Source: Octopus sinensis (Eukaryota). From it: DNA of 64,000 nucleotides. Below, in pieces: positions 1 through 13,142 of this stretch (its first letter is position 1; each line of letters starts with the position of its first letter). The stretch lies in assembly GCF_006345805.1 (NCBI RefSeq), contig NC_042997.1:71176001-71240000 (forward strand), written 5' to 3'. A program made the translations under genes and the position numbers. Under the pieces are notes generated by a model. That model saw only the letters and a program-made list of their open reading frames with translations, was not told the DNA's origin and searched no databases.

Positions 1-229
1 AAAATGAATAATTAAATTACACCATCTAGAAAATTACATATAATAGAAAAGTTAAAATTAAAATAACAATAAAATGTTAAGTAAATATAATAGGTAGAAA
101 AACGACACGTGATTCGCTGCTATATTTAAGAAATGATTATAGTAGTAGAGAAATCACTTCGATATAAATATAGTCGTTTATCAGGTTAAAAATAAAATAG
201 AACAATAAAATAATTAATTCATAAATACA

Positions 230-270
<41 letters not shown>

Positions 271-1557
271 ATCCTAAATTTACATAAGTGAAAAATAAAA
301 TAATACTTAAATAATTAAATACTTTAAAATTGAATAAAATACACAAAGCTAGTACAAGTCATTAAATTGTAATCAAAATAAGAGATGTTCCAAATATAGA
401 CAGACTCCTTAAATAAGCTAACCATATAGTAAATATACATGTGTAGCAACTATAGATTTAATATAAGAATCTATAACAAAGTTGGAAGAAAACGCATGCG
501 GGTATTCTTCGACTGGATTATATTTTCCAAGGAAAATGTAGGTTGGAATCGTACTTGAAAACATGACAATGTAGCAGTTAATGGAGAAAAACTGGGCTAT
601 ACTGAATGTGACTTATCATGAGGAAGAGAGAAACATGTAGGTGAATAGTTGAAACTGAGAGCAAAAGGAAAATACGAGAGACACCTGGGTGATTACCTGA
701 TAAAGGACGTATACTTTTGCCACTATGGATAGTATTAAAGATTTGGTATACGTACAATAATCATTATTTAACTTAGATCAAAATTTTATGTGCCTGACGT
801 GTTCTACAATTTCTATAGTTTCACGTATTCTCAATACGATTTTCGTTAACAATAATAGAAGTGAGACTCGGAATTAAAAACTTGAAATTATTAGCTTGAT
901 AAATAGAATATATATATATATCGGCGCTCAAATTTCAATATCGAGTTATTCTTTTTTTTCTCCTGTCTATATACATATTTTGGTATACATTACACGCGCG
1001 CCCGCGCACACACATACATACACATTTACCGTTGTGCGTATGTATGTACGTATGTGATCGTATATTTGAGGTTTTAAATATGAATGGAGGCGCGGGAAGG
1101 AAATTATAAACTAAAGATTTCAGTGCATCTGTGGTAAATATGCTTAGAGTAAAAGAAAATAAAAATCAGGGCAACCGACAATATACAGATAAAATATCAG
1201 TGATTCTTGATCCTTAAGTTTGCTTCTATAAAGTAACAATATCAAACCTATTCTGATTAAGACTAACTTATATTCAGGCAGACGATGCCCTGGTCTATAT
1301 AGTTGTATGCATTTGTCTTTTAGTTTTGTAAATAACTAGTAGGAATTTTTTTTCTGAGTGTGAGTTAGATTCTAATTCTAACCAATCCTGTGACCATGTA
1401 AACTCTCCGATGCTGAGTCATAAAATGCTTCATGAAGATAGAGTGTGATAAACTTACATATTTGAGTTTCTGTTATAAGGATAAAAAACAAACATGCACA
1501 CCCCATTATGTAGCTATGTCTATTTACATGAATATATATATATATATATGTGTGTGT

Positions 1558-1596
<39 letters not shown>

Positions 1597-1843
1597 ATAT
1601 ATATATATATATGTGTGTGTATGTTTACTTATATATGCATATCCAAATGTATGATATATACTATTTATGTACACATGTCTGTGTGTGTTTAGGTGTGGCT
1701 ATGAGGGGAAAGAAGAGAAAGTGGAAGAATTGTTATGTATATATATGGCTTATTACAAAATATTTTTTTCCGTGTGCGTGAGATTATATATGTGTGTATG
1801 TGTGTGTGTGTGCGGGTGTCTGCATGTTTGTATGTATGCATAT

Positions 1844-2010
1844 GTAGGGGGTGCGTGGCCCACTGGTTAGGGTATTGCACTCACGATCGCGAGATCTTGG
1901 TATGTTTTGTTCTTGAGCAAGGCACTTCCTCTCATATTGCTCTGCAATTACTTTGACTCTTGAAGTGTACACCGTGCATCTGTACAGGCAATATATGTTT
2001 GAGGAAGGGA
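1844..2010 (+). mobile_element. tRNA-derived SINE (type B), degenerate 5' fragment
   Basis: tRNA-like head ggtgcgtggcccactggttagggtattgcactcacgatcgcgag, similar to the better preserved copy at 46353-46677. Confidence 0.6.
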
Positions 2011-2169
2011 ATGACTTAGTATACGCACAACATTATTTGATCGCTAAAACAAATCATTTGTACAGGTTATTCAGTACGAAATTTCAAACCGTCTTTCTCA
2101 GATTACAAGTGACTACCAAGCATCATATGTATGTGTATACATGTATGTATGTGTGTATGTATATATATA

Positions 2170-2880
2170 TATATATATAATTGAAAAATAGGATAAAATC
2201 TTTATAGGAATTTATCAAGTAGTTAGCGTGAAAAACCTCATAAGGGAAAAATCCATGGTAAGAAATTAGATATTAATTTAATTAACATCAATTTCACACC
2301 AGTGGTCTAGCATTTAAAAAAAAACTGAAGGTTCAGTAAAATTGTATTATATACATATTAGAGGGACACCACTATGTGGACACCTTTATGCTAGAAATAG
2401 ATCTGCTATGGTCTTACCACTAAGAAATGTTCTCAAGAAAAATTTAGCAAAACAACCAAAACGTAATCGAGCAAGACAAAAGAAATAGCAATAAAAATAT
2501 GGATTATTTGCATACATATTTCACTATTAACATATTACGTACTTTTACTTACATAAATGTCCGTAGATCATCGGTGCGACCGTCCAGATGAATATAATTT
2601 GCAGGACTGCATACTAGGACGTCCGTACAACGTCAGACTTGTAAACAGTTCCGCCCGTTACACTTGTGTTACTATTTCAAATGTCCTCGACTACGTTTTG
2701 GCTTGTTTTATAATAAATAGCGGATCTATTTCTAGCATAAGAGTGTCCACATAGTAGTGTCCTTTTAATATGTATATAATACAATTTTACTGAACCTTCA
2801 GTTTTTTTTATATGCTAGACCACTGGTGTGGAATCGATGTTAATTAAATTAATATCTAATTTCTCACCCTCATTTTAAAT
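2170..2880. mobile_element. Decayed head-to-head inverted-repeat element, probably related to the ribozyme repeats or Penelope pLTRs
   Basis: About 2270-2400 is the reverse complement of about 2720-2865 (e.g. cacaccagtggtctagcat...gaaggttcagtaaaattgta vs tacaattttactgaaccttc...atgctagaccactggtgtg). Both outer ends abut (TA)n. Carries a tatttctag motif like the HHR families. Confidence 0.6.
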
Positions 2881-3429
2881 TTAATATATATATATATTTA
2901 TACATGTAGAAGGTTGAAAAGTAACATACGAGTTGATATGTATAAGGAAATTAAGACAAGGTAGGAAATGCTAGAATAATCTTATCATGAAATGCACCTT
3001 TTAACGGTTTTTACCGGTTTCAGGCTTTTCCACTTTTCCAACTAAGAGTAAAACAAAGGTGGATACTAACTGAGAAGAAAAAATTAAATTGATGAAAAAA
3101 TTAAATGAAATGCTTTGAAAATATTTCCATAGTCTTCAAATAGGTAGAATATTTTCCTTTTTTCTGCCTGTCTCTCGTTCTCTCTCTCTCGCTTCTCTCT
3201 CCCTCTTCCTTTGTGAAGCCTTGGTAGGTAGAAGCAGATCTGAAAAAATAGTGTTTATGGGTGCAGCGAAATATTTACTTCTGAAGTTTGATGGTTTATG
3301 CAGCAGCAGCAGCAGCAGCAGTAGATGAAGAAGAAGAAGAAGAAGAAGAAGAAGAAGAAGAAGAAGAAGAAGAAGAAGAAGAAGAAGAAGAAGAAGAAGA
3401 AGAAGAAGAAGAAGAAGAAGAAGATGGGA

Positions 3430-4775
3430 TAGTATGACCCAGTAGTGGAGGAATCTACTTTAATGGTCAAATGACCTAAAAATGATCTGTTCTGATTGTA
3501 GCAGTAATGGTTGTTCGAAATAAATTCATAGGTAGCGACTGTTTTCAATATATCTATAGTTTTTAATATTTGCCTGGGTATTATTGCAAGATCCTAGCAG
3601 TAATGTCATTTGTGGTGGACGTATTCAAACGTGTTTCATATTTTGTGATAAAATATGATTCTTTGATAATGCGTAGATTATAGGTTGCATTGTCCTTAAA
3701 TTTATAGAGGGGAAAATTCTAAAGTTGCGTTGTTCAATAGTGGTGCAAATGTCAATGTGTTCTCTAAATGCTATTTTTCTGTATTCTTGTATTTCAATCT
3801 ATGATCTGGCATAGACTGTTTTTAGATAGACCAATGTATTGCTCTCGACACCCTGAGCAAGTCAACACATATCAGGTTTTCCGATGCGCAAGTTGTTTTT
3901 CACTGTAAAACGCTGAAGCTGCTTGAAGAACTCTGATCCCTCAATTAGTTTGACGCATATACCACAGTCAGGTCTTTCGCATTTTATACTGTCGGTTTCG
4001 AAAGTGTACTTGGGCTTGTGTTAGAATACATTTTTGGGAGTTGTCTTTTGCTCTTTATGATGCGTTTGGAGAAATTGATTCATTCTATGATCCCTTTTTA
4101 GTAAAGGAATGTTCCGGAGGATAGTGTCGAAGACCTTATTTTTTAGAGGGTTGGGTGTGGATATGTATGGTAGGGCTTTTGGTTGTAATTCATTCTTTAG
4201 TCTGGGGTGTGTGAGTTCTTGGATATTGTGCTGTAGGGCACGTTGAAAACCTATATCAATTAGGGATAGTGGGTAATTCCTGCTGATGAGAGTATCTTTT
4301 AGCTCCTATAGTCGTGTGTCCATGGTGCTTGTATCGGATACTATAGTGCAAATCTTTTTTTGCGAGGTTGAAAGGGATTCATTCATTCTAGTGTGTCTGG
4401 GGTGTCATGAGTTGAACGGTAGATATTGCTTGGAGTCCGTGGGCTTCTAATAAATGTATGTTTCTACTTGGATTTCTTAATGGGAATGTCGAGGAATAGA
4501 AGTTGTTGATAAGTATATTCCATAATAAATTGAATGTTTTATGTCAAGTCCATTTAGAAGTGTTTGAAATTCTTTAAGTCTCTCTATACTTTCATGCCAA
4601 AGAATGAAGCAGTCATCTAGATATCTCTTCCACTTATTTTCTATGTGAAAGGAGAGTGGGTTTCCGTATTTTTCTAGTACCTTACGATAAAGAGTGATTT
4701 CTAGGTACCACATGACTAGGTTAGCACAGGATAGCATTCTCGTAGCCATACCAATCCCGTCATACAACTCCCTTC
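3430..4775 (-). pseudogene. Penelope-type reverse transcriptase plus GIY-YIG endonuclease, disrupted
   Basis: ORF 4477-4911 contains GIGMATRMLSCANLVM (degenerate G.AMG...AP.YANL) and KWKRYLDDCFILW. Downstream frames give KCERPDCGICVKL and RIIKESYFITKYETRLN, typical of the PLE Cys motif and EN C-terminus. Multiple stops and frameshifts. Confidence 0.85.
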
Positions 4776-5044
4776 TTCTTCTTCTTCTTCTTCTTCTTCT
4801 TCTTCTTCTTCTTCTTCTTCTTCTTCTTCCCCTTCTTCTTCTTTTTTTCTTTTTCTTCTTCCTCTTCTTCTTCTTTCTCTTCTTCGGCTCCTGCTGCTTA
4901 AACCACCACAATTCAGAAGCAAATATTTCTCTGCACCCATAAACACTATTTTTATCAGATCTGCTACTACCTACTGTGCTTTCGCAAAGGAAAAGTGAGA
5001 CAGAATAAAGGAATATGTCCTACCTATTTGAAGACTATGGAAAA

Positions 5045-5435
5045 GGAGTGGCTGTGTGGTAAGTAGCTTGCTTACGAACCACATGGTTCCGGGTTCAGTC
5101 CCACTGCGTGGCACCTTGGGCAAGTGTCTTCTACTATAGCCTCGGGCCGACTAAAACCTTGTGAGTGGATTTGGTAGACGGAAACTGAAAGAAGCCCGTC
5201 GTATATATGTGTGCGTGTATGTTTGTGTGTCTATGTTTGTCCCCCGAGCATTGCTTGACAACCGATGCTGGTGTGTTTATGTCCCCGTCACTTAGCGGTT
5301 CGGCAAAAAAGACCAATAGAATAAGTACTGGGCTTACAAAGAATAAGTCCCGGGGTCGAGTTGCTCGACTAAAGGCGGTGCTCCTGCATGGCCGCAGTCA
5401 ACTGACTGAAACAAGTAAAAGAGTAAAAGAGTAAA
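5045..5435 (+). mobile_element. tRNA-derived SINE (type A, central microsatellite), full length
   Basis: Head ggagtggctgtgtggtaag...ggttccgggttcagtccc; tail gactgaaacaagtaaaagagtaaaagag. Many copies in the window. Confidence 0.9.
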
Positions 5436-5599
5436 ACATTTAATTTAATATTTATCATGAAATAATATATTTCATAATAAAATTATTTTAGAATTTTCTA
5501 CCTTGCCTTATTTTCCTTACACACACACACAACACACACACACACAGACATACATACATATGTGTATATATATATATAATTAATAATTATATATACATA

Positions 5600-6226
5600 A
5601 TTATATTAAAGAAGAAATTCGAAACATGACTTTTCTCCTCCATGCTGAATGAATGTCTAAACATTACGAAGCTACCGAAAAAAACTCCATAAATACATGC
5701 GAATGAAAGCGGACTAGCGAAAAGATATTTAAAAAGAGACATTAATGTGAATTAGGTAATTTCAAGATTAAAATCTTAAATATATTTTTTTTACCCCTTG
5801 TTAGCGCAACACATATAAAAATATACAAACAAGTCTTAGTACATACCTATAACAAAGCGCGTTTGAACCACTATACACAAACACTAGTGTGTCTGGGGTG
5901 CATGAGTTGAACAGTAGATATTGCCTGAAGTCCGTGGGCAAGTATAGATTAAAAAAAGTCAGATTTAAATCTTCTCACGACGGCCACATGTATTTATATC
6001 AAAATAAGACAGCAGAAAATGCGGAATTTTGAAGAAGAGTAAAAATATTCTAATAATATTTTATTTGTATATATATATTCATAAAACAAGGATAAAAATC
6101 ACGTTACTGATTATTATCAGGTATTCAGCTGCACTAAAAATTTATAAACAATTTATATATTAAATTAATAATTATATATTATACATATTTATATATATAA
6201 TATATATTTATAAATTAAATTAATAA

Positions 6227-6271
<45 letters not shown>

Positions 6272-6460
6272 CATTAAGGTAGAAAGTCGAAACATGACTT
6301 TTCTCTTCCATGCTGAGTACCTGATAATTACTAACATGATTTTTATCCTTGTTTTATGAATATAAATAAATAATATATAATTATTAATTCAATAAATAAA
6401 TTGTTTATAAATTTTTATTGCAAGCTAACTACCTGATAATAATCAGTAACCTGATTCTTA
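5600..6460. repeat. Decayed direct and inverted repeat cluster, pLTR-like
   Basis: cgaaacatgacttttctc..catgctga is repeated at about 5620 and 6290. 6078-6155 is inverted at 6321-6460 around a (TA)n tract. Confidence 0.5.
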
Positions 6461-6479
6461 CGTGGGTGAAGACCTTCTT

Positions 6480-7170
6480 TAGCTTGAGGTGCCGGTGTTT
6501 CTCCTTCCCCTACCCACTGTCTTTGGCGCATGATATTTTTATAGAGGACTCATTTCTCGTCACCAGTCACAATTCGGTCGAAAAAAGGTTCATTCGTGAC
6601 ACGTAACAACAAGGAATAGCACAGTTCCAATCTCAACGCGCGATTAGACTCGGAAAGTTTGAGAGGAATCCATTGACACAATTTGTTCCCTTTTCCGATG
6701 GCACGCAGGTGTCGTTGAATGTTTGAATAACCAAATCCAAGCTCCTCTTCTTGGGATTTTACGATGGGATTTTCTTTGCAAGTCTCCTCGTCGAGCTCTA
6801 CTGACCTTCCAGTACGAGACTCGTCTTCTAGGCTGTAGTTTCGGGCTCGGAATTTCTGGAACCACCGTTGACACTGGCTTACGTTTATTGTCCGAGCCCC
6901 ATATACTGCATTAATATTCCTCGCAATTTCTGTTCTGTTGTTGCCTTTATTGAACTCAAAATATGCCGAAGATGCTCCTTCGTCTCTTCCATTATAGCTT
7001 TGAAAAAATAACTGTTGAAATCGAGTACACTCTTCAAAATTTACACTAAGAATAAGCAAGGTAAAATTTCTACCTGCTTTTATAACAAGTTGATGCAGGT
7101 AGTTTATCCCTTCCGCCGCCGTCTTTTACTGCATCTAATTGAAAAAACCGCATTATTTATAAGATGACCA
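6480..7170 (-). mobile_element. Mariner transposon, 5' half (SETMAR/Hsmar-like transposase remnant)
   Basis: ORF 6550-7059: EFNKGNNRTEIARNINAVYG...QCQRWFQKFR...LEDESRTGR, WIPLKLSE (WVPHEL-like), FFDRIVTGDEK (first catalytic D). Confidence 0.9.
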
Positions 7171-7222
7171 TATATATATATATATATACTCACATATACA
7201 TACATGTATCTATCTATCTATC

Positions 7223-7303
<81 letters not shown>

Positions 7304-7350
7304 TAGATACATAGATAGATAGATAGATAGATACATGTATGTATATGTGA

Positions 7351-7394
<44 letters not shown>

Positions 7395-7398
<4 letters not shown>

Positions 7399-7635
7399 TC
7401 ATCTCATAAATAATGCGGTTTTTTCAATTACATGCAGTAAAAGACGGCGGCGGAAGGGATAAACTACCTGCATCAACTTGCTATAAAAGCAGGTAGAAAT
7501 CTTAGTGTAAATTCTTAGTGTAAATTTTGAAGAGTGTACTCGATTTTAACAGTTATTTTTTCAAAGCTATAATGGAAGAGACAAAGGAGCATCTTCGGCA
7601 TATTTTGATTTATGAGTTCAATAAAGGCAACAACA
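7395..7635 (+). mobile_element. Inverted duplicate of the same mariner 5' end
   Basis: ggtcatctcataaataatgcgg...tatgagttcaataaaggcaacaac is the reverse complement of about 6940-7170. Confidence 0.85.
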
Positions 7636-8555
7636 TATATGCACATATGTCCCTGCCTCCCTCTCTCTCAGTCTCTCTTCGTATATCTAAGTGTGTGTTC
7701 GCTAGCGTGTGTCTGAGGCTAAGAAGCTTACTTACCAACTACAAGGTACTATGTTCAACCCCACTGCCCGGCACTTCGGTCAAGTGCCTTCTATTATTGC
7801 CTCAGACCAGCAAAAGTTTTGTGAGTGAATATAGTTGAAGGGAACTGAAAAAAAAACCGTCGTACATACATGAGTTTGCGTGTTTGCGTGTCTGCATGTG
7901 TGTGTGTGTGCTTGATTTCGACACAAACTTTCACTATATTTTCTTTCACCCTCGCGCTTCCTTTTTTTTTATAATTATATTAAATGACGCGATATACGCA
8001 AGTTTATCATTTCGTTTACCCATTATCATATTTAGCAATCGATGTTTAAGTCCTTATATTTGAAATTATCCTTTCAGGTTTTTTAGAATACAGTATTTGC
8101 TGTATTTTCCCGCATTTATTTTTTTCTAGACTACTCTTTAATTTTCACGATTTAAATAGTATTTCTATGAATCCAGAATGGAGCAAAACATATGTACCAT
8201 TCTCAGTATTTTAAACTCGAATATATAATACCTTCAAATATAAAATCTTAAGTCACGAACAAGGCTTTGTTGGTTGATTTTCCTGTTACCATTATGGTGG
8301 AAGAAAAAAGTAGAAGCCGTACTTTAAGACAAAGAAGGGCGAGAGAAAAACTAATAGACTAGACAGAGAGGTGGAAAATTGGCAGCGTAGGGTCAGCAGC
8401 TTATGTGGTAATAATCAAAGGGCAGTTAGCGAATGAGAGAAGATGTGTGGAAAGAAGATATGTATCTACAATAGATTGGGAGGCTACAGACAGGTAATAT
8501 GATAAGGTATATATGTATATAGTCATTTTAAGCTTTTTTGATTGATCTTCTATAG

Positions 8556-8624
8556 AATTTGGTGACAGCATTGCAGGTTTTGATGCTTCAAAAACAAATA
8601 CGGCGATTGAACAAAGAAAAATAG
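8556..8624 (+). CDS. Candidate isolated 69-nt symmetric (phase 1-1) exon, product unknown
   Basis: ttgatcttctatag|AATTTGG...AAAATAG|gtaatg; open frame FGDSIAGFDASKTNTAIEQRKI. No homology recognised. Confidence 0.15.
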   Translation, partial: NLVTALQVLMLQKQIRRLNKEK

Positions 8625-10924
8625 GTAATGTATATGCATATTGCAAGAATTACTCTTTTGTCAGCACCACATCCAACCCATCAACTATCCATGAATACCA
8701 TTAGGTTTAGCGGTGTAACACACTTAGCTAGACCATTTTACTTCTTCAACACATTCCTGGCAACTGGCACGTGCATATTAATTGCTAGCAAGGATCCAAC
8801 AGCTATTGTTGGATCATATAAATGCAACATTGTGTAACATTCAGCAATTGCCAGCAAACAATGATGCACCGAAGCAATTGCAGTGATATGAAATAAAGCC
8901 TGTTCATTCCACCTTCTCGTATAAAATTCTTTTGTATATACTCTACGGATACTTGCTGATTACTACATGTATATCCAGTAAATGGAGCAAGCATCTGGTA
9001 ACCGATACTTGGAGAGAAGCTTTGAAAATATTATTACCTAGACAATATTAAATCATATATATACATACGCATACATGCGTGCGTGTGATTGTCTGTACGT
9101 GTGTGTATACACATATGCGTATATAAATATAATACGAATGGGGATAACAACTCCGATTTGAGACACGCGCAGACTGAGTTTTCAATGAATGTAATAAATA
9201 TTACTCGTTTCTGCTCAACAGCATTTAGTACTCTTTTTGTTTAATTGCACTTCTCACATGTGTAAAAATCACCATATGTGACATGCATGTGTGTGTATAC
9301 ACGCACACGCGTATATATACACATATGCACACATGCATATGTATTTCTGTCTGTATGTATGAGCATATAAATGTGTGAATGTGTCTGTATGTATGTGTGT
9401 GTATGTATTATGTATGTATGTGTGTATGTATTATGTACGTACGTACGTATGTATGTATGTATGTATGTATGTATGTATGTATGTATGTATGTATTATGTA
9501 CGTACGTACGTATGTATGTATGTATGTATGTATGTATGTATGTATGTATGTATGTATGTATGTATGTATGTATACACGCATGTATGTTTATATGTTTGTG
9601 GTTGTATGTTTGTGTGTACATGTACGTGTAAATGAGTCTTGTGGAGCATATGAATTCTTCAAGCGATGTTTTCTTTATTGTCCAATTTCTGCGACACCAT
9701 GCCGAGTTATCACTTCCTAATGAGTACAGCGATACCGATGGAATTAAATAAACCATAACTCATCAAAGCAAAATTGCTAATTCCCATCTTTTAATTGCTT
9801 CGAGACTCACGCATCTATGTCAGTATGTCTATATGTGTACAGGCTGAAGTGTTTGTGTGTGCGTGTATGATTGAAGAATGTGTGTGCCAGTGTTCGTGCA
9901 TGTCTGGTTTAATGTTTTTTGTACAGGTTATTTATATATTTGTTGTTTGCATAATGTTTGCTGTTGTTGTTTAGCTCTGTGTCAATTATGAACGAACAAA
10001 CACACGATCAAAGGCATTCCAAACGTGACCATCCAGTTTGGAATAGATTATTCTCAGGCATAATCTAATATCAACCTACATTTTTAAAGATAGTTGGGGT
10101 GTTGTTTGAAGGTAAATGATTGCTACTTCTACTCTGTCGAATGACTGCGGAGTTTCCTCCGTTGGCTTATATGATCAGACGAACATATTCTCAAGACCAA
10201 CGTGACCAACGCATTGCTTTTACATGATGAGTGTTTCAAACACCACATTATCCAAGAAAAAAGCATTCCGTCGCAATCTCAAAGTCTAGGTTTCGATTCC
10301 ACTTCGCAGCATCATGAGAAACTACATTTGTTTTTGCCATACTGTCACATCTACCCGAAGTTTTGGATGAAACTGTGAAATTGGGAGATGGAAATGTGTG
10401 GAGCCCATCGGATGAATGGTACATTGAATTGAAAGGTACATTTATGTCACACCGTGTCATTCTGATTCGACCCGAGATTAGTATGAAGGACACAAGTCTC
10501 AGTGAAATACTTAGCTATTCATATGTTTATTTAATAAACAGGTTGTTCAGTTAATCGAGCTTTTGAAAGTAATTTAAAGGACATTTCTTTTTCTAGCAGT
10601 TCGAACTTCTCGTTTACTTATTTATTACATGTTTGTGTAGCTGATTGCATACGTCTAAATTGTATTAAAAATTTACATAAAATACATGTGTAATATATTT
10701 TGTAGCTAAACTACAAACGCCCAGGTGTATGGCAATAGTAGGTAGAGTGCAGTTGGCAGATTTATTTGAGTCTCGGCAAACCGCCAGCTCAGCCGTTTTT
10801 ATTCTATTTTTGCAAATTAGTTATATTCGAATCCAGAACACATAACTGTCAAACGTTCCAGTCTATGTAGAAGTAATTAAATGAAACTATATGATAACAG
10901 ATGACAGTTTTAAGCAAATGAGAT

Positions 10925-11135
10925 ATTGGTTCCGAATTTTGGCTCAAGGCCAACAATTTCGAGGGAGGGAGTAAAGCGATTACATTGACCCCAGTGCTCA
11001 ACTGGTACTTAATTTATCGATCTCCGAGAGGATGAAAAGCAAAGTCAACCTCGGCGGGATTTGAACTCACAATGTAAAGACGAACGAAATGCTGCTTAGC
11101 ATTTTTCCCGGAACGAATCTGCCATCTCACTGCCT
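10925..11135 (-). mobile_element. tRNA-derived SINE (type C)
   Basis: Matches the six copies at 48.7-50.9 kb (gtcaacctcggcgggatttgaactc...). Confidence 0.8.
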
Positions 11136-11357
11136 TAAGCATCTCCTCACGAGAAATTTCGTTAGAAATACTTCTATAAAGAATTTGAGTATTCTAAGTT
11201 TCAATATATTTCAGTTCAATCAGTATTGGCCTGGGGATATACAACGAAACTATCATGGCTAAAGTAACTTACCTAACTAAAGTAGCAGTACTAAACTTTG
11301 TCTCAGAAATATAAAGATAGGCGTTTGGTTAAGTGATTGGCGTTAGGAAGTGTATCC

Positions 11358-11757
11358 TACCATATTCTGAGCGCCTTGTTTCCCTGGGCATGGATTCACT
11401 GAAGCTCCGGCGTTTGGCGACGGACTTGGTAAACACCCACAAAGTTATCAACCACCTCACCAACAACAACACTGAACACCTTTTTGATCTCCATGTGTCT
11501 AACACACGTGGACATGCCTACAAAGTCAGAAAACAATACAGCTCCCATGACTTTCGGAAACATTTTTTCACGCTCAGAGTTGCTGAAGCATGGAATAAAC
11601 TGCCTGCGTCAGTTGTTGACTGCCATGACACTGCATCTTTTAAGGCCCTCATGCTTTCCGAAATCCGCCGAAACTACACCTGATTATATATACACTTTAG
11701 ATGAGTTGTAGTGCACCTGAGCACTGTACACAATTATTATTATTATTATTATTATTA
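11358..11757 (+). mobile_element. CR1-clade LINE 3' end with (TTA)n tail
   Basis: PYSERLVSLGMDSLKLRRLATDL...TRGHAYKV...FFTLRVAEAWNKLP is the canonical CR1 ORF2 C-terminus; (TTA)n at about 11735-11757. Confidence 0.9.
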
Positions 11758-12324
11758 TCTATAGAAACCATACCAAATCAGCCATAGAACATGGTGGTGC
11801 CTTCTGGTTCATCTGTTTTTGTCAAACCATCTAATCCTTGTCAGGGACATTAAATGATAATGATGATGATACATTTTATGAATATGTGCATCTTTTATCT
11901 TTTTCTTTTTTCAGCGATTAGACAGTGCCATGCTGGGGCTTATCTTGAAGAATTTTAGTTGAACGAATCGATCCCAGTAGTTTTTTAACGCTTAGTACTT
12001 ATCTGATATATATATATATATATATAATATATATATATATATAATAACAAAGGGTAAAATTGATTAATTAACTAGTAATTAATAATTTCACTAGGTAGAA
12101 TTCGGCATGAAAAAGGACCATTCTCGGTAAACTTAAGTAATATTTTATAAATAGGGTTCCGCAAAGATTTGCTTTACCGCATACCGAAGTTTAGAAATAG
12201 CAGCCAAAGAACCTTAACTATTTCCTCTATTTTGAAAAGAGACTCCCGGACAAAAACAAAGTACTCGAAAACAATCCACGCAGGCAGAGAGGAAAAATAA
12301 CGAAAATCAATCGATATTTGATTA

Positions 12325-12407
12325 CCCATGTACGCGTTTCGGAATTAGATCGGTATAAAGAATGTAGAATTTATACTTTACCCAAACATTTTCCTCTTCA
12401 GCATGGG
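12325..12407 (-). ncRNA. Type I hammerhead ribozyme with extended stem II (family 1, intact)
   Basis: Minus strand: CCCAUG-CUGAAGA-GGAA-[about 46 nt]-UUCC-GAAA-CGCG-UA|CAUGGG. Stem I 6 bp, G10.1-C11.1 pair, palindromic stem III ACGCGU, GUA cleavage site. Confidence 0.85.
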
Positions 12408-13059
12408 ACTTCACAATATTAAATCCGAAAGCACTGGAAGAATTGAATATACCTCTCCAACTAACAGTATCAGACAGATCATATTCAACGTCCAATACCG
12501 CCGAATTCAAAATATACGAATGAGGTTCATCACCTCCCCCTGCGCATCCACGTATGTCGTCAAGTAAAAATACTACAGAAAAAATCCGTAGTTTATTATC
12601 TGGGAGAAAATTATATTATCAATTATAACAAAGGGTAAAATTAATTAACTAGTAATCAATAATTTCACCAAGTAGAATTCTGCATGAAAAAGGACCATTT
12701 CTCGGTAAACTTAAGTAATATTTAATAATTAGGGTTCAGCAAAGATTTACTTTACCACATACTGAAGTTTAGAAATAGCAGCCAAAGAACCTTAGCTATT
12801 CCCTCTTGGTGAAATTATTGATTACTAGTTAATTAATTAATTTTACCCTTTGTTAATTTTGATAATATAATTTTCTCCCTGATAATAAACTACAGATTCT
12901 ACATGACGACACACGTGGATGGGCAGGGGAAGGTGATGAACCTCATTCGTATATTTTGAATTCGGCGGTACTCGACGTTGAATATGATCTGTCTGATACT
13001 GTTAGTTGGTTGAGGTATATTCAATTCTTCCAGTGCCTTCGGATTCAATATTGTGAAGT

Positions 13060-13142
13060 CCCATACTGAAGAGGAAAATGTTTGGGTAAAGTATAAATTC
13101 TACATTCTTTATACCGATCTAATTCCGAAACGCGTACATGGG
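13060..13142 (+). ncRNA. Type I hammerhead ribozyme (family 1, C-A mismatch at the first stem I pair)
   Basis: cccata CTGAAGA(13066-72) ggaa ... ttcc GAAA(13127-30) cgcg TA catggg. Confidence 0.75.

Larger units (their letters stand above)
2890..5520 (-). mobile_element. Penelope-like retroelement, 5'-truncated, with a sense 3' pLTR (about 3300-2890) and an inverted pLTR copy (4898-5520, interrupted by a SINE)
   Basis: RT and GIY-YIG-like remnants on the minus strand. 3090-3300 is the reverse complement of 4898-5044, and the inverted copy resumes at 5436-5520 after the SINE. Confidence 0.85.

Noticed and set aside
600-650. GAAA-CATG-TA-gg half-hammerhead (also 36683-36705 on minus)
   Set aside because: No CUGANGA with a matching stem I and stem II upstream.
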